From NCBI GenBank assembly GCA_037447605.1, contig CM074805.1:4373361-4437360 (forward strand): DNA of 64,000 nt, written 5' to 3'. Below, one piece after another: positions 53,201-64,000 of this stretch. Positions within the stretch are counted from its first letter, which is position 1. Each line of letters begins with the position of its first letter. This DNA comes from Zygnema circumcarinatum SAG 698-1b. Lineage: Eukaryota; Plantae; Zygnematophyceae. The notes under the pieces are model-generated. The model was given only the letters and a program-made list of their open reading frames with translations. It was not told the DNA's origin and ran no database searches. The translations under genes and the position numbers were made by a program.

Positions 53201-54964
53201 TCGTTTCTGCTAAAATACAGGAGAATTCGTGACGTATTTTTGCTCATGTTCATATACTGTGATTGTCCTGCTGCTTTATGGGTTTATGCCTGTTTTTTGT
53301 TCTGTTGTGACATATCCTCCTAGGGTTGTAGCTTTTGCTTTTTCTTAACTGGGCTCTTTGGGCATATGCAGTATGCTCTTCCACCGGAGGCTGTGCATGG
53401 ATGGTGGATGGAGAGAGAACGTTCAAGATGGCTTGAAGACGTTAAGAATGCGAGTGACCCCTTGTCTCTTTTGAAGGTGAGGACGCACTCTTCATTTCCA
53501 TCTTCATCCTCGTCTTCCGTCCTCCCCTTTCCCTCTCTCATCCTCCGCAGATTGCTGCGTCCGAGTTTTTTTTCTTCTTGTTTGAATTTTCTGCTTCCAC
53601 TTTGCTCATTAATTGTGAAATACGTGAGCAGGCCCTGGCAGAGCTTGAATGCGCGGTTCAGAAGGAGTGGCTTCGATCCGATTTCGAAACAACAAAGGAA
53701 ATTCTTGAACGAGTTCATAACTTGAACGGTCATACGGTTGCAGAGAAGGATGTAGTGGGACAGGTTCTGCCATGGATTCCATGCACATCAGCCGCAGTAG
53801 CATCACGAGCTTTTGCATTGGACGGTGCTCTGATCTATCATCCAGAAGAGCTGGGAACGGAGAGAGAGGAAGATGAGGATGAGGTCGTCAAGCTCGAACT
53901 TCCAAAGCTGGTCAGTTGGTTTATTCAAAGGGCCTGTATTGCATGCAGGAATTCTTTCCCAACTGATAATCTCCCACCATTCTGCATGGCTAGTGATAAA
54001 AGTACTTTGTAGGAGCACATTTTTCATGCTATCGTATGACTTTGAATTGCAGACTCCTGTCGAGGACCTTGTGAACCGAATCACGAGGAGGGGGCGTCGC
54101 AAGTCGAAAAAGTTGCTGCAGTCGTCTGATGATGAAGAGAGAGCTGTTGGAGCAACCCCACAGCAGCAGCATGTGCAGGGAACAGAATTGGAGCTGAAAC
54201 AGGGAGGAAGGAGTAGCCGGGGAGGGCGAGGGAGGAGAGGCAGAGGGTTCAGAGGACGCAGCTCGAAACCGTATTCTGGTGGTTCGAATCTTGAATCTGT
54301 AGCTACTGCAGGGGCTTTAGGCTCTTCTGGAAGGGGCGGGAGGGGAAGAGGGAGAGGTCGAGGGAGAGGAGGTGGAGGTAGAGGCCGCGGCTCAGCTGGG
54401 AATCTTAGCAAGGGGCAGGACGGACAAGAGAGAGGGAGAGCCGCTCGTTCTACCGACGAAGAAGATAAAGCTTTGCTTGAAGATGCCGATGTGGGTGGGG
54501 GTATGGAGGAACCCGCTGCAGGTAATCATGATGATGATGACGGAGATTCTTCGTACTACATGCATTCTTCAGATGATGAGGGGAGAACTGAGAGGTTGAA
54601 GAGGCGTTTATCTGTGGAGTCCATGGGAGGGGGAACGTTGCCGGCATCAAGTTTGGAGGGATCAAGCGAGAATGGAGAAGCCATGCAGGAGGACGGAGAG
54701 CCTGCGGGAGAGGGAGCGTGGTCCGGTTCAGAGAGTGAAAGAGATGAACGTTTGAGATCCTCTCCTTCCACCGACGACGACAGTGATGAAGATGGCGGGC
54801 CGGTTGATCACCACCGGAAGCCCAATGAAGCCTCTGATGAAGAGGATGTGGATGTGGATGAGGATGTGGATGTGGATGATGGGGAGGAGGGAGATGGAGG
54901 GGAGGGAGTGCCGAGTGAAGAGGATGACCGAGACGTGTCTCAAAGCGAAGACGATACTTATTGA
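44246..54964 (+). CDS. RLT: RINGLET-like homeodomain-DDT-HARE-HTH-WHIM protein (ISWI partner), 18 exons
   Basis: Exons 44246-44366, 44867-46144, 46325-46425, 46655-47332, 47477-47566, 47836-48003, 48386-48587, 48926-49026, 49335-49421, 49788-49910, 50077-50229, 50436-50654, 50782-51561, 51833-52357, 52570-53193, 53372-53476, 53632-53910, 54053-54964. Homeodomain KTPYQKEVLEQTYA...YPSEAMR...LSDKQLQMWFCHRRRKD. DDT region AWNFCTTFCDGLRLWPFTLDELAQAL, LLGEVYVALL, WGFD..WQKHLNVLTWPEILRQYAL. HARE-HTH RLTPGTVKYAAY...SRTPEATI...ARTAPSTYCVR. WHIM motifs DLSVEERMRIL, PLGRDRRRNMYW, ALDPRGAREAVL. Confidence 0.93.
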
Positions 54965-56235
54965 TGATGCGAAGGCAGTGGAGCTCAGTGAGGTATCGGC
55001 TCTTCGTGTGCAGCAAAACCAGTGTTTGGAACTCTGTACATTTCATTGTTCTTCTTTTCGTGTAGCGCTTAGGGCTAGGGCCCCACTTGTAATGAGTTGT
55101 CCCTCCCCCACGTTCCTCCCCCGTCGTTCCCTTCTCCCAGGGAGAGAGGGTTCTGCGGCGTGCACTTGTGCGCGTTTCCTCTTTTTTTTTCCTTCTTTTC
55201 TTAGAAAGGGTTAATCGCCGATAGGAAGCGGTTGTACTCTGGTAGGTGGACGATTCATTTATGGTCCCCCTCGACGAGGCGGCTGTTGCGCTGAGATGCC
55301 TCAAAGTGCCCATTGCCATGTCGATTTTCTATGCTTTTGGTGGCAATGAAAGTGTTAATGTTTTGGGGTATACATTCCGCAACTTTTTTTTGGCTCTTGG
55401 GTGTTCAAAAAGGGTTAGGATGCTTTGGGCTTCCATCATTAGCCTGATAGAACTTCCACCACTTACCTGTGAGTGCATCGATTCCCAGAAACCAGCGATA
55501 GCGTTGGAGCAATAGCCACGATAGTCGTGGAAATGACAAGGCGATGACTGTTGTTGAAAAGGCAAACGAGAAAACGTTGTTTGTGCGCAGTGCACCTTGA
55601 CCTTATGGCTTAAACTGCTACAAACAAACGGGAGGAGGGAGGGGAACCGCACAGTAGTGAACATGGCATGAGAGGAGGCGTGGCACAGATACTGTCCAGA
55701 AAGAAGCAAGGCTTCATAGAGTTTCTGAAAGGGTCCGAGCCCGATTTGCGTCTTCACGACGGCTTCTTTCTGCTTTTATCGTACGAATATCATCGGCATG
55801 TTCAAACAGTCGCAGGCAGTCAGGTTCCAAGGCGCCCATGCGCGTACATTTACTGTTGGCAGGGTGGCTACTCTATACAGCACTGCTCCACACAATTACC
55901 GACTCATTGGGGTTGACTGAATGCAATTTCTGAGGAACGAGCATAGTGGATACGTGCAGGTCATCACCAGATAAAAAGACAAGTTTCTACACCGAAAGCA
56001 GCGAGAGAAAGTATCAGATATCGCGTGTCATTACAGCTAACTTCGGATTACATATCTCGCGTACGACACATTTTGGGAGTGCTGTACTTCCCGTTGCCAA
56101 AAACAAAACTCTGTACATGCTCTACAATGCAGGCCAACAGCCAGTTTGCTGCTACCACGCTCGACTCTATCTTAGTAACAAGAATCGCCTCGATGTTGTT
56201 ATTAAGCACCGTCAAACCGAGTTGACTCCAGAAAG

Positions 56236-57298
56236 TTACTTTAGGCCAGTCATGCCCTTGGCAGCTTCTGTCGCCTCGGATAGCTTTCCACCGGCAGTCT
56301 GCACAAAGGTAGGAACATAGAATTTAAGCTCTAGCTGCAATGGGCAAGTATGCACTTCCACGATATGTAGAGCCTGCTCTATGTTTGACATATTTCCGAT
56401 GATGGTTTCGAAGAAAATAAGAAAAACTGCTTATTGTTGAAACATCATGTCTGTCAGGACATTCTCCGATTGAAATGCTGTGATTCGTCCAACACAAGGA
56501 CAGGTCTGCAAAGTTGTCAGACATACCTGTGTAGCACTATTGGCCTGAGCTTGTGCATCCTGAGTCAGTCCTTGTGCCTGGTTGCCTGTTTCCGTCGCAG
56601 TGCTGTGCGCCTGTGCACCTGCTTCTGACGCCTTCTGCTGACCATATCCTAAAACGGATGCTGCCTTCTGGTAAACACCGCCTGCAGTTGCAGCAGCCTG
56701 TTGGTAAGCATTCTGCGCGGTGCTTGCAACGTAGTTATAGCCGGCTGCAGTGTGGTCCTGCGTTTTGCCGGAGGCAGCCGCGGAGGTCTCCTTGGCAGAC
56801 TGGGCAGTTCCCGCAGCAGTGTCCTGCACCGACTGACCGATCTCTGAAGCCTTAGTCTGAGCCGCTCCCGCGCCAGACGCAACCTGGTCTTTTCCCTGCT
56901 CGTATGTCTTCTCCAAGTTCTGCCCAAAGGTTTGCTGCAGAAAATCAAAACTCAGGTCTTCGATCAATAATGGATCCAGCACACGTAGCACGAAATAAAA
57001 TCTCCTTCTCCAACATCTCATATGCACCGCCACTGCAAAAATCATAAGCTTCGCACCGTCCGCTCCGTGCAGCAACAACACCATGCATAGGACATCCATT
57101 CACACTTTACTTCTGAAAATTCATAATCCACTTCTAAAGAGAGTCCCATTTTCCAGCAAGCGCTTGTTTCCTTCTCAACATGCACGCCTTTGCGGGCTAG
57201 CACTAGCCCTCCCTTTTCCATCACAAGCCCGTACTCCTTCCCTCTTCTTCCCCGCCTCCCTCCTCCATGAGCAGCCCCAAGCTCACCTGAGACGCCAT
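56236..57298 (-). CDS. Late embryogenesis abundant (group 3 / LEA_4-like) hydrophilin, ~160 aa, 3 exons
   Basis: Exons 57298-57287 (MASQ), 56934-56527 and 56298-56236. Ala/Thr/Gln/Lys-rich amphipathic repeats (EQGKDQVASGA, QTKASEIGQSVQDTA, YQKAASV, QQKASEA), ending KLSEATEAAKGMTGLK. Confidence 0.8.
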
Positions 57299-57429
57299 TG
57301 CTGTATCTCCTTCCCTTCGCCTCTCTATCCGTTATCTCCTCTCTCTCTCCTCGCTCCCTCCCGCGCCCTTTCAGAGTATGTCTCGAGCAGTTCCGTCGCC
57401 AAATCCTGTCCCAATTGTAGCCTCGCTCA

Positions 57430-57940
57430 GAGCTCTTTAAAAGTGGGGGAGGGTGGGCCCCACCGGCGCGTCACGACACGCGAGGCCTCCACGTGGGAAG
57501 TGGAAAGAAGGGCACGTGGCCAAGTGTATGTCATGCTGCCACGTGTAGTTTCGTTAGGCGTCGTGCAGGACGGACATCGCGACACGTGGAATGGTTTGTC
57601 GGTGCTGGGCCGTGGGCGGGAGCCGGAAGGCTCTGTGCCATGCCAGTTGAGAGTTCAGTTCAGACCGTTTAACTGCAACATGGAGCTGGAAGAAACTGCT
57701 TCGTCTTTTTTGGAAGAGGTCTGTGCTGCCACGTCAGCTTTTGGTTTCAATCCGTTCCATGGGCCAGTTAAACTGTTAAACGGCGATCTCCGCATTCAAA
57801 TTGAGGGCACGTCTCCATGTGGGCAGAATTTTAAAAAAAATGACGTATTGCGTACGTAAGCAGTCCCCATATCTCAAGTGCAAGCCGTCAGCCTATTCGC
57901 ATTCGAAAATGGGGTAAAACTTGTTGACCGCCACGTGGCG
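57430..57940 (-). promoter_or_regulatory. ABRE/G-box cluster upstream of the LEA gene
   Basis: CACGTG at 57490, 57513, 57540, 57583 and 57932, GCCACGTCA at ~57728, CE3-like CGCGTGTC at ~57475, and TATA-like TTTTAAA at ~57436-57442. Confidence 0.75.
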
Positions 57941-58485
57941 ACGATTGGAGGCAGTTACGTGTACAACCTATGGCCTCGTTGCCAATTCAAACCGGACCGT
58001 CGCACGAGCGGTCGGTTTTTAACGTTTATGTTTGTCACAAAAAACTGAATGGAACTGGTTTGAAAACTTGGGGAAGGAACTGGAAATGGAACTGGGACAT
58101 GGAAACCGACCCTACAGAACTCGTGATATACAAGTTGTTTACTGTTGTAATCCCAACAACAGTTTTGGTTCGCCATGTATTGCACTCTTCGGACCTGTCT
58201 CGCCTCAACCCATTGCCATCCTTCCCACAAATTGTGGCTCATGCACAATAAACAAAGCTCGCCAAGTTAGCTTCGATATCATGGGTACGTCGAAGACCAC
58301 AAAACCTATTAAGGGGACAAAGGAAAGAAGTACAATACTAAACTCAATGTTGTGTATACCACTCATCCGCCACACATAAAAATCGAGCAACCTCCTTTGG
58401 AAGCCTACTACTACTGGGCGTTCCCAACGTCGGGCCCATATGTACAAGAGCATATGTAGCTACAATAAGTTCATCGACAACCGTC

Positions 58486-59583
58486 TCATGGAAGCGGCAA
58501 GGTCACCAGGATCTTCACGAGAGGCTTGGCTCGGTACACGAAGAATCCATGGTCGGCATGAGGCACTGTATACGTGTTGACCTTCTGCGTCAACACTTGG
58601 TTCGCCTGCTTCACCATGTCCTCCTGGAAGTCGATGGTAAGGGCTTCGTCCTGGGGAGTGTAGACATAGTGCCGCGGCCTGCGCAGCACAATGCAGTGGT
58701 CCTCAGTTTGATTCACGCACGAAGTCATGAGACACGCTTTAGACATGAAGAAAATTGTGGCAGGGATAAGATCGGCGGCGCTTACAGGTCCGCAGTGATG
58801 GGCGGGTTGAGCTCTGCGAACGGAAGGAAAGGAGAATCGCGGTACAAGAGGGCGGCCTCCTCCCAGACGCGATCGGGGCCGTTGGTAAAGAAGATCTTGC
58901 CGATGAGATCGCGGTTCACGCCCACAATGAGCGGTGCGCCGATGGCGCTATCCACAGGGCCGTACGCGAGGTTGTCGAGGAGAGGGCTCGGGAACAAACC
59001 GACTGCGTCGAGGGCTGAGCGGGCCGACAGAAGCAGCCCTGCAACGTAAACCAAAGCTGCCACCTGCAGGTCGAGTACGGGAGAAAGTGAGAGAGCGAGG
59101 GAGCATGATTCGATGGAGTTACATTTGCCTTTCGTTATGAGCTTGTTTTTGTTCCGTCAGAAGGAGGCATGGTAAAGTCACGCGGGGCAGTCACCTTGGC
59201 AGGCACGAGCTCCGCTACTCGTGTGATGATGAGGCCGCCATAGCTATGGCCGACGAGGATGACCGGTTCAGTGCTTGCTTCGACGATACTTCTGACAGCG
59301 AGCACTGCGTTATCGCTGGTGTGGATGCTCACCTCGGGGGTGCGGTCGACGCCATGGCCGGGCAGGTTGACTGCCTTCACCGTGTGGCCCTGCTCTTTGA
59401 GGAGGGCGATCACGGCCGCCCACACGTAGGAGCCCTGCCACGCGCCATGCACCAGCACAAAGGTGCGGGCAGTGGGAGGCGGGGGGCCGGGCCCTGTGCT
59501 CAGACTGCGGCGTGGGAGAGCGGCGTAGAGGCGGCCGCGAGGAGGAGGAGGAGAAGGAGAGCGAGGTGGTTTTGAGCGGCCAT
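58486..59583 (-). CDS. Methylesterase/SABP2-like alpha/beta-hydrolase; apparent frameshift after an N-terminal signal peptide (possible pseudogene or assembly error)
   Basis: Exons ~59583-59195, 59063-58786 and 58678-58486. Motifs: TFVLVHGAWQG, VNLPGHG, VILVGHSYGG (nucleophile Ser), LPRHYVYTPQDEAL (Asp), ADHGFF (His). The first ATG (59583) after TATAAA (~59674-79) stops after 27 codons, in a different frame from the hydrolase. Confidence 0.8.
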
Positions 59584-59840
59584 GGCGGGCGTGCGGGCGG
59601 GCGGGCGGGGGAGGGAGGGGGAAGGAGGAGAAGGGAGGAGAAGCGCTTGCGGTCGAGGACGGCGGCGGCGGCTTTATAGCGGCGCCCGCCGGCCGGCGAG
59701 GACGGGCGCTGCCGGCCGGCGTTGTCGGGTAGCGCCGCCGGCAGACAGACTTGCCGGCTACGCCATGCTTTACGGAACTGACACGGAGACGCCCAAACGC
59801 ACTTTTGGTGAGCACTGAGCAGCATGCAGTGTCGATGGTT

Positions 59841-59862
59841 CGTGACGTGACGTGACGTGACG
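59841..59862. promoter_or_regulatory. Four tandem TGACG motifs (as-1/TGA-like) upstream of the MES gene
   Basis: CGTGACGTGACGTGACGTGACG, about 170 bp upstream of the TATA box. Confidence 0.45.
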
Positions 59863-59953
59863 CGATCGTAAGGAGTCATTTATAATGCGTTTCTAGGGTC
59901 GTTTTTTTTTTTTTGCGTGAGGCGATGCGTGGACGCAGTTGGAGGAGGGGCTC

Positions 59954-60016
59954 TGTTCAATGTTCAATATTCAATGTTCAATGTTCAATGTTCAATGTTC
60001 AATGTTCAATGTTCAA
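59954..60016 (+). repeat. (TGTTCAA)9 heptamer tandem repeat
   Basis: Nine units, one variant (TATTCAA). Confidence 0.9.
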
Positions 60017-61476
60017 TGTTTCATGTATTGTTCTTGACCTTGTATGAATTTCGAGAGGGTCGTTGAGGGCTTTCGTCTGGAGGCGGCGATGATGCTCCTT
60101 GGCTTTGCCTGGTCCTTGCACCTCGACGCGGTCGGTCGAGTCCTCCCGAAACATCACTACCTTGACTGTGCCTTGCTGTTGGGCGGAAGTTTGATATGCC
60201 AGTGCTACTGTGCCTGCATTCGGCGGGGGGGATGGTTGTAGCGAACTGAACGCTACAGCCACCACGGTGCCGCCGACATCCTGGAGATATCCGTACAGTT
60301 CGGCCGTACGGGTCATCCGTAGAATTGTACGGTGTTGTCGTACGCATTCGTACCCTATACGGATAGTACGGACTGACAGCGATTCTGCGGCGTCGCGCGT
60401 TGCGTTCGAGATCGGAACGCGACCACGACCGCCGTTCACTATGCGGAGTGACGCGTCACGGTCACACATTGGGAAATGCTGGCGACCGTGACCGGCCTCT
60501 CATACAACTGGCATTGGACCAGCCGATTGGCCACGTGGCATGGCGCCATTGGCTAGCCCTGCTCCTGGTCCCTTACGCTGGTTAAGGGTTCGACGGGGGG
60601 AGCGAAGACTGCTAGAGACTAAGGCACTTAGATGTGTAATGCTGGTTTCTGGAACGATTGCAAGTGCATCCCTCCAAGATGCCCCTCTTGCATTCGCTCC
60701 ACGCCCCCTTATAGCAAATGTATTCATGTTTCCTACGTCAGGATCGACCTCCGCGCTCCAGAAAGAGCTGGACCTTCGTGAGATAATTTCTCTACGCAAT
60801 TCTGCTTTTGAAATAGTTATACAGTTGCAAGCTAGCGATAATAGTTAACGTACACGTTGTTAAATCCAGCTTGAGCGAGTGACCGCTAATATTATAAAAG
60901 AAAACATTCCCATGTTGTCAGCAACTGCTCTAGCCTGTTTGACAATGTTCCGAGCCTTTTTCAATAGGAAGAAGAAATTTCTCTCGTTGAGGACACTTCC
61001 CATGAAACTTCATAGCCCCTCTTGGCCATTATTCTGGTGCCCATTAATTTGTCCTTTGCATGGCGTTGCATGGCAGTATACGACCACAGCACACGCCATG
61101 CGACGAATGTGTGACGCGTGACGACAGACAGGAAGTAAGAGCACACCGACAATAAACACAACGTGCAATATTCTTACAGCAAGTTTAATATTTATTCAAT
61201 GTAAGAACCAGAAGTACAACGTTTCCCACAGTCTATCGTTCACTCCCCAGAGCGCAAAAGGCAACTGGGTGTGTCTGTTCCTTAACATTTGACGCCCTTT
61301 CCTCTCAAAAGTTGACAAAACACGTACAAGTCGCCGTAACTGCCAAAAAACTATACACCGACTGCTGTCGAATCTCTCGTCTCGACCTTTCAGAAAAAAC
61401 TCAACTATCGTACAACGCTAACTCTCGCCCATAACTGTAAGTTCCATGCGGCAAGACCTGTGGCTGCAGAGCCACC

Positions 61477-62920
61477 TCATTCCGTTCCAGGGTGCTTCTC
61501 TTCCAAAACCTTCATGAACTCCTTTTCCACCTGAATCAATAAAAGATCCCCAAAGCACTCCATTAGTCCTTAGCCCATTTGCTTTTCAAACCCAAAAACA
61601 CACCTTCACTTGCATTAAAGCACATTCATTTGCCATCCTGCACCAATCACCTACACCCTCTCTGATGAACCATAATTTGACCACAGTTTTAAATCTTATC
61701 ATGATTTGTTTTGATTTTGTTTCTGTCAAAGCTTACCTCTGGTTTCACTGCTGCTGCTTTCAAGGCGATCTCATCCTCTGTTCCCTCCTGAGTTCCCAAA
61801 GCCGGCGGCTGTGCAGGCGGCTCTGGTACAGGGATCGCACCTCCACGCGGGGCATCTCCTCCACGGCGACCATCTCTACCACCGTCCCCATGTCCATTCC
61901 GACCATGGCCATGTCCTCCTCCCACTGCCTCTCTCTCTCCTTTACCCTCTCTGTCACCCTTCCCCTCCCCTCGGTGAGCGCCGCGATGCCCGTGGCCTCC
62001 TCGGTGTCCCTCCCCTCTCCCACGTCCTCCTCGGCCTCCCCCCTCATGCAGACCTCCAGCTGCTGCCAAGTCCCCAATTGCAGCATCTTTCTTATTCTCA
62101 CTCTGAATGGGGTCCACCTTATCTTCATGCTGAGCTAATCCTGCAGCTCCTGCCAGCTCCCCAACTGCACCTCCCTTCTTCTCTTCATCAATCCCCCGCT
62201 GCCCCACGTGTTCCCTATGCTTCCCCCCTTCTCTACCTTCACGTTGCCCTCCCCTGAACCCATGACTGCCATGATCATGGTTTCCACCGTGCTCTCCATG
62301 AAGTTCACCCGTCATATGATGGCCGTCATGCTTCTTCCCCTCATGCCTGCCCTCTCCGCCCCTACGCTCTCCTTCATGCTCTCCCTTATGCCCCCTATGC
62401 TCTTTAAGATGTTCACGATCCTTTCCATGATGACCCCCATGCTCATGGTCCCCATGGCCATGGCTCTTCTGGCCCTTCTCCTGCTCATCGAGATCGATGA
62501 CTTTGCCGAGGACATGCGCCTTGCGCGAGTTGTCAGCGGCATCGCCATGGTGGCCATGACCATGGCCTTTTTTTGGGGATCCATGGCCGTCTCTGCCACG
62601 GCGGTTGTGCCTCTCCCCTCCCTCCCTCACGCCCATTTCCGCTGGAAGGGTCAGCGGATTAGTGGCTACAGCTTCGGAACTCGGGTTCTCAGTAGTCTGC
62701 GGCTCAGCAAGAGGCTGCGTCTGCAACATTACAACGAGAAATATGCATCAGCTGAAAGGCAAATATTCTTTTGTCACGCCCCAGCTTGGACACCACACAA
62801 ACGAATTCAAAATTCTCATCGAATTTTACCACCATATCACAAACAAACCCTTTACCAGACGCCCTCCTATGAGAGCAGAAGTCTCACCTGCACCTGCGGA
62901 TAGAGCTGCTCGGACGCCAT
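61477..62920 (-). CDS. His/Gly-rich hydrophilin with an ABA/WDS (ASR)-like motif, 3 exons
   Basis: Exons 62920-62888 (MASEQLYPQVQ), 62720-61737 and 61530-61477. The segment EEKKGGAVGELAGAAGLAQHEDKVDPIQSENKKDAAIGDLAAAGGLHE resembles the ASR core (GELGAVAAGAFALHE..KKDP..AAAAVGAGGFAFHE). TATAAAA at 63064-63070. Confidence 0.65.
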
Positions 62921-63059
62921 ACTGCTGTTGCGGAAGTAGTGCCTTTCCTCTCCAAACTCTCGCCTTGTCTGCTCTCCTCTTCTTCCTCCTCTCACCTTCT
63001 CCTCCCTCTCTCTCGTCAGGAAGCTCCCGACCACGTTTCTAAATCTCACCGGGGGCCGC

Positions 63060-63300
63060 TCCCTTTTATAGCCAGAGGCGGGTCCGCACGCCACCCCGTG
63101 TCTTGGAGCACACGGCAGCCTGGCCGACCACACGTGGACACAGTTCCACGTGGACCAATGTGCGAGGTGAACGGCCACCCTGCAGTCCACGCGGCAAGTG
63201 CTGGAAGTCCCAAGCGTTGCGGACTGCCACGCTACATTTTGCTGACGTGGCGCCACGCGGCGTTTGGACAGGTAGCTGGGTTCGGTCAAGCTGCCACGTT
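63060..63300 (-). promoter_or_regulatory. TATA + ABRE + DRE promoter of the ASR-like gene
   Basis: TATAAAA (63064-70), GCCGAC DRE/CRT core (63123-28), CACGTG (63131, 63147), TGACGTGGC (63243) and GCCACGT (63293). Confidence 0.7.
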
Positions 63301-64000
63301 GGCAAGACCGCCCTCATGGAACCCAGAAACCCATCGCGCACGACGGCGAAACTGTCCATGGAACCGAGGCCCGAAGCGGACAAGTCCAGAGTCCTGCACA
63401 GGCCGGGTCGTTGGATCAACCGCATAGTTGCGGGACCACTGGTTGGTTTGTGACCCAACCAATCATTGCCGATAGTCACAACCATTGGATTCAATGGTTG
63501 CCAGCCACTGTCTGGTGACTCAGCCAGTCATTGCCAGCGGTTGCAACCATTGAATACCCGGCCAACCATTGGAATGGTTACGAACCATTGATTTGCGACT
63601 CAAAACCAGTGGACGGCCAACCATTGGGTGGTCAACGATTGAACGGCCAACCGTCCAACCATTGGCTGCCAGGTCTGCCCGGACCAGCGGGCAGATCAAT
63701 TTAAGAAAAAACACATGCAAGGCTACCGCGACACCCAATAAGAAAGTTTCTTTGCTGCCCACCAACGCTGACCGGTGCCGTATGGAGCTCGTCCGTACAA
63801 TCCCCATCCTGAACCACGACTGACGCAATAACTGAGAGGTGAAAGAAGCTCCTTGTCCAAGTTCCGTTGGCAGTATTACTGCGGCCTAGTTTCTCACATG
63901 TGACCTTAGGACCGTTCTGTATTGTACTTTACTTTATCGAGGTCGCTCCCTGTTTTCGCCATTTCCCTATCTGCTTTTCATCCCCTCGATTCGCCACCCT

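Noticed and set aside
60541-60600. Possible tRNA/SINE A- and B-box (TGGCGCCATTGG ... GGTTCGA)
   Set aside because: The B-box lacks the terminal CC, and there is no cloverleaf, poly-A/T tail or TSD.
61665-62903. Met-rich overlapping ORFs on both strands
   Set aside because: Alternative frames of the His/Gly-rich exon. Only one frame joins in phase to the ATG exon and the terminal exon.

Overview
Eukaryotic, intron-rich, gene-dense DNA from the streptophyte (green plant) lineage. The gene set and short introns fit a streptophyte alga or non-seed plant, but the species cannot be fixed from this window. Recognisable genes, with exon chains read by hand: SART1/DOT2 (-, runs off the left edge), mitochondrial EF-G (+, 21 exons), a GAT1-like amino-acid/GABA transporter (-), malonyl-CoA synthetase AAE13 (+), an intronless F-box/LRR gene (-), NAC-alpha (-), class I starch branching enzyme (-), a RINGLET-like homeodomain-DDT-WHIM chromatin protein (+, 18 exons), and a co-oriented minus-strand trio of a LEA protein, a MES/SABP2-type alpha/beta-hydrolase and a His/Gly-rich ASR-like hydrophilin. 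There is also one hypothetical ORF. Two clear MITEs, many microsatellites, two 10-N gaps and a ~1.4 kb duplication across one gap are present. The most notable observations are: (1) a U12-type AT-AC intron plus a GC-AG intron in AAE13; (2) a Tc1/mariner MITE abutting 11 tandem copies of its predicted excision footprint; (3) a signal-peptide ORF out of frame with the MES hydrolase domain; (4) tandem PxVxL motifs in the RLT protein; (5) ABRE-rich promoters on the LEA and ASR-like genes. No CRISPR array, rRNA or convincing tRNA was seen. All coordinates were read manually and need RNA-seq or homology confirmation.
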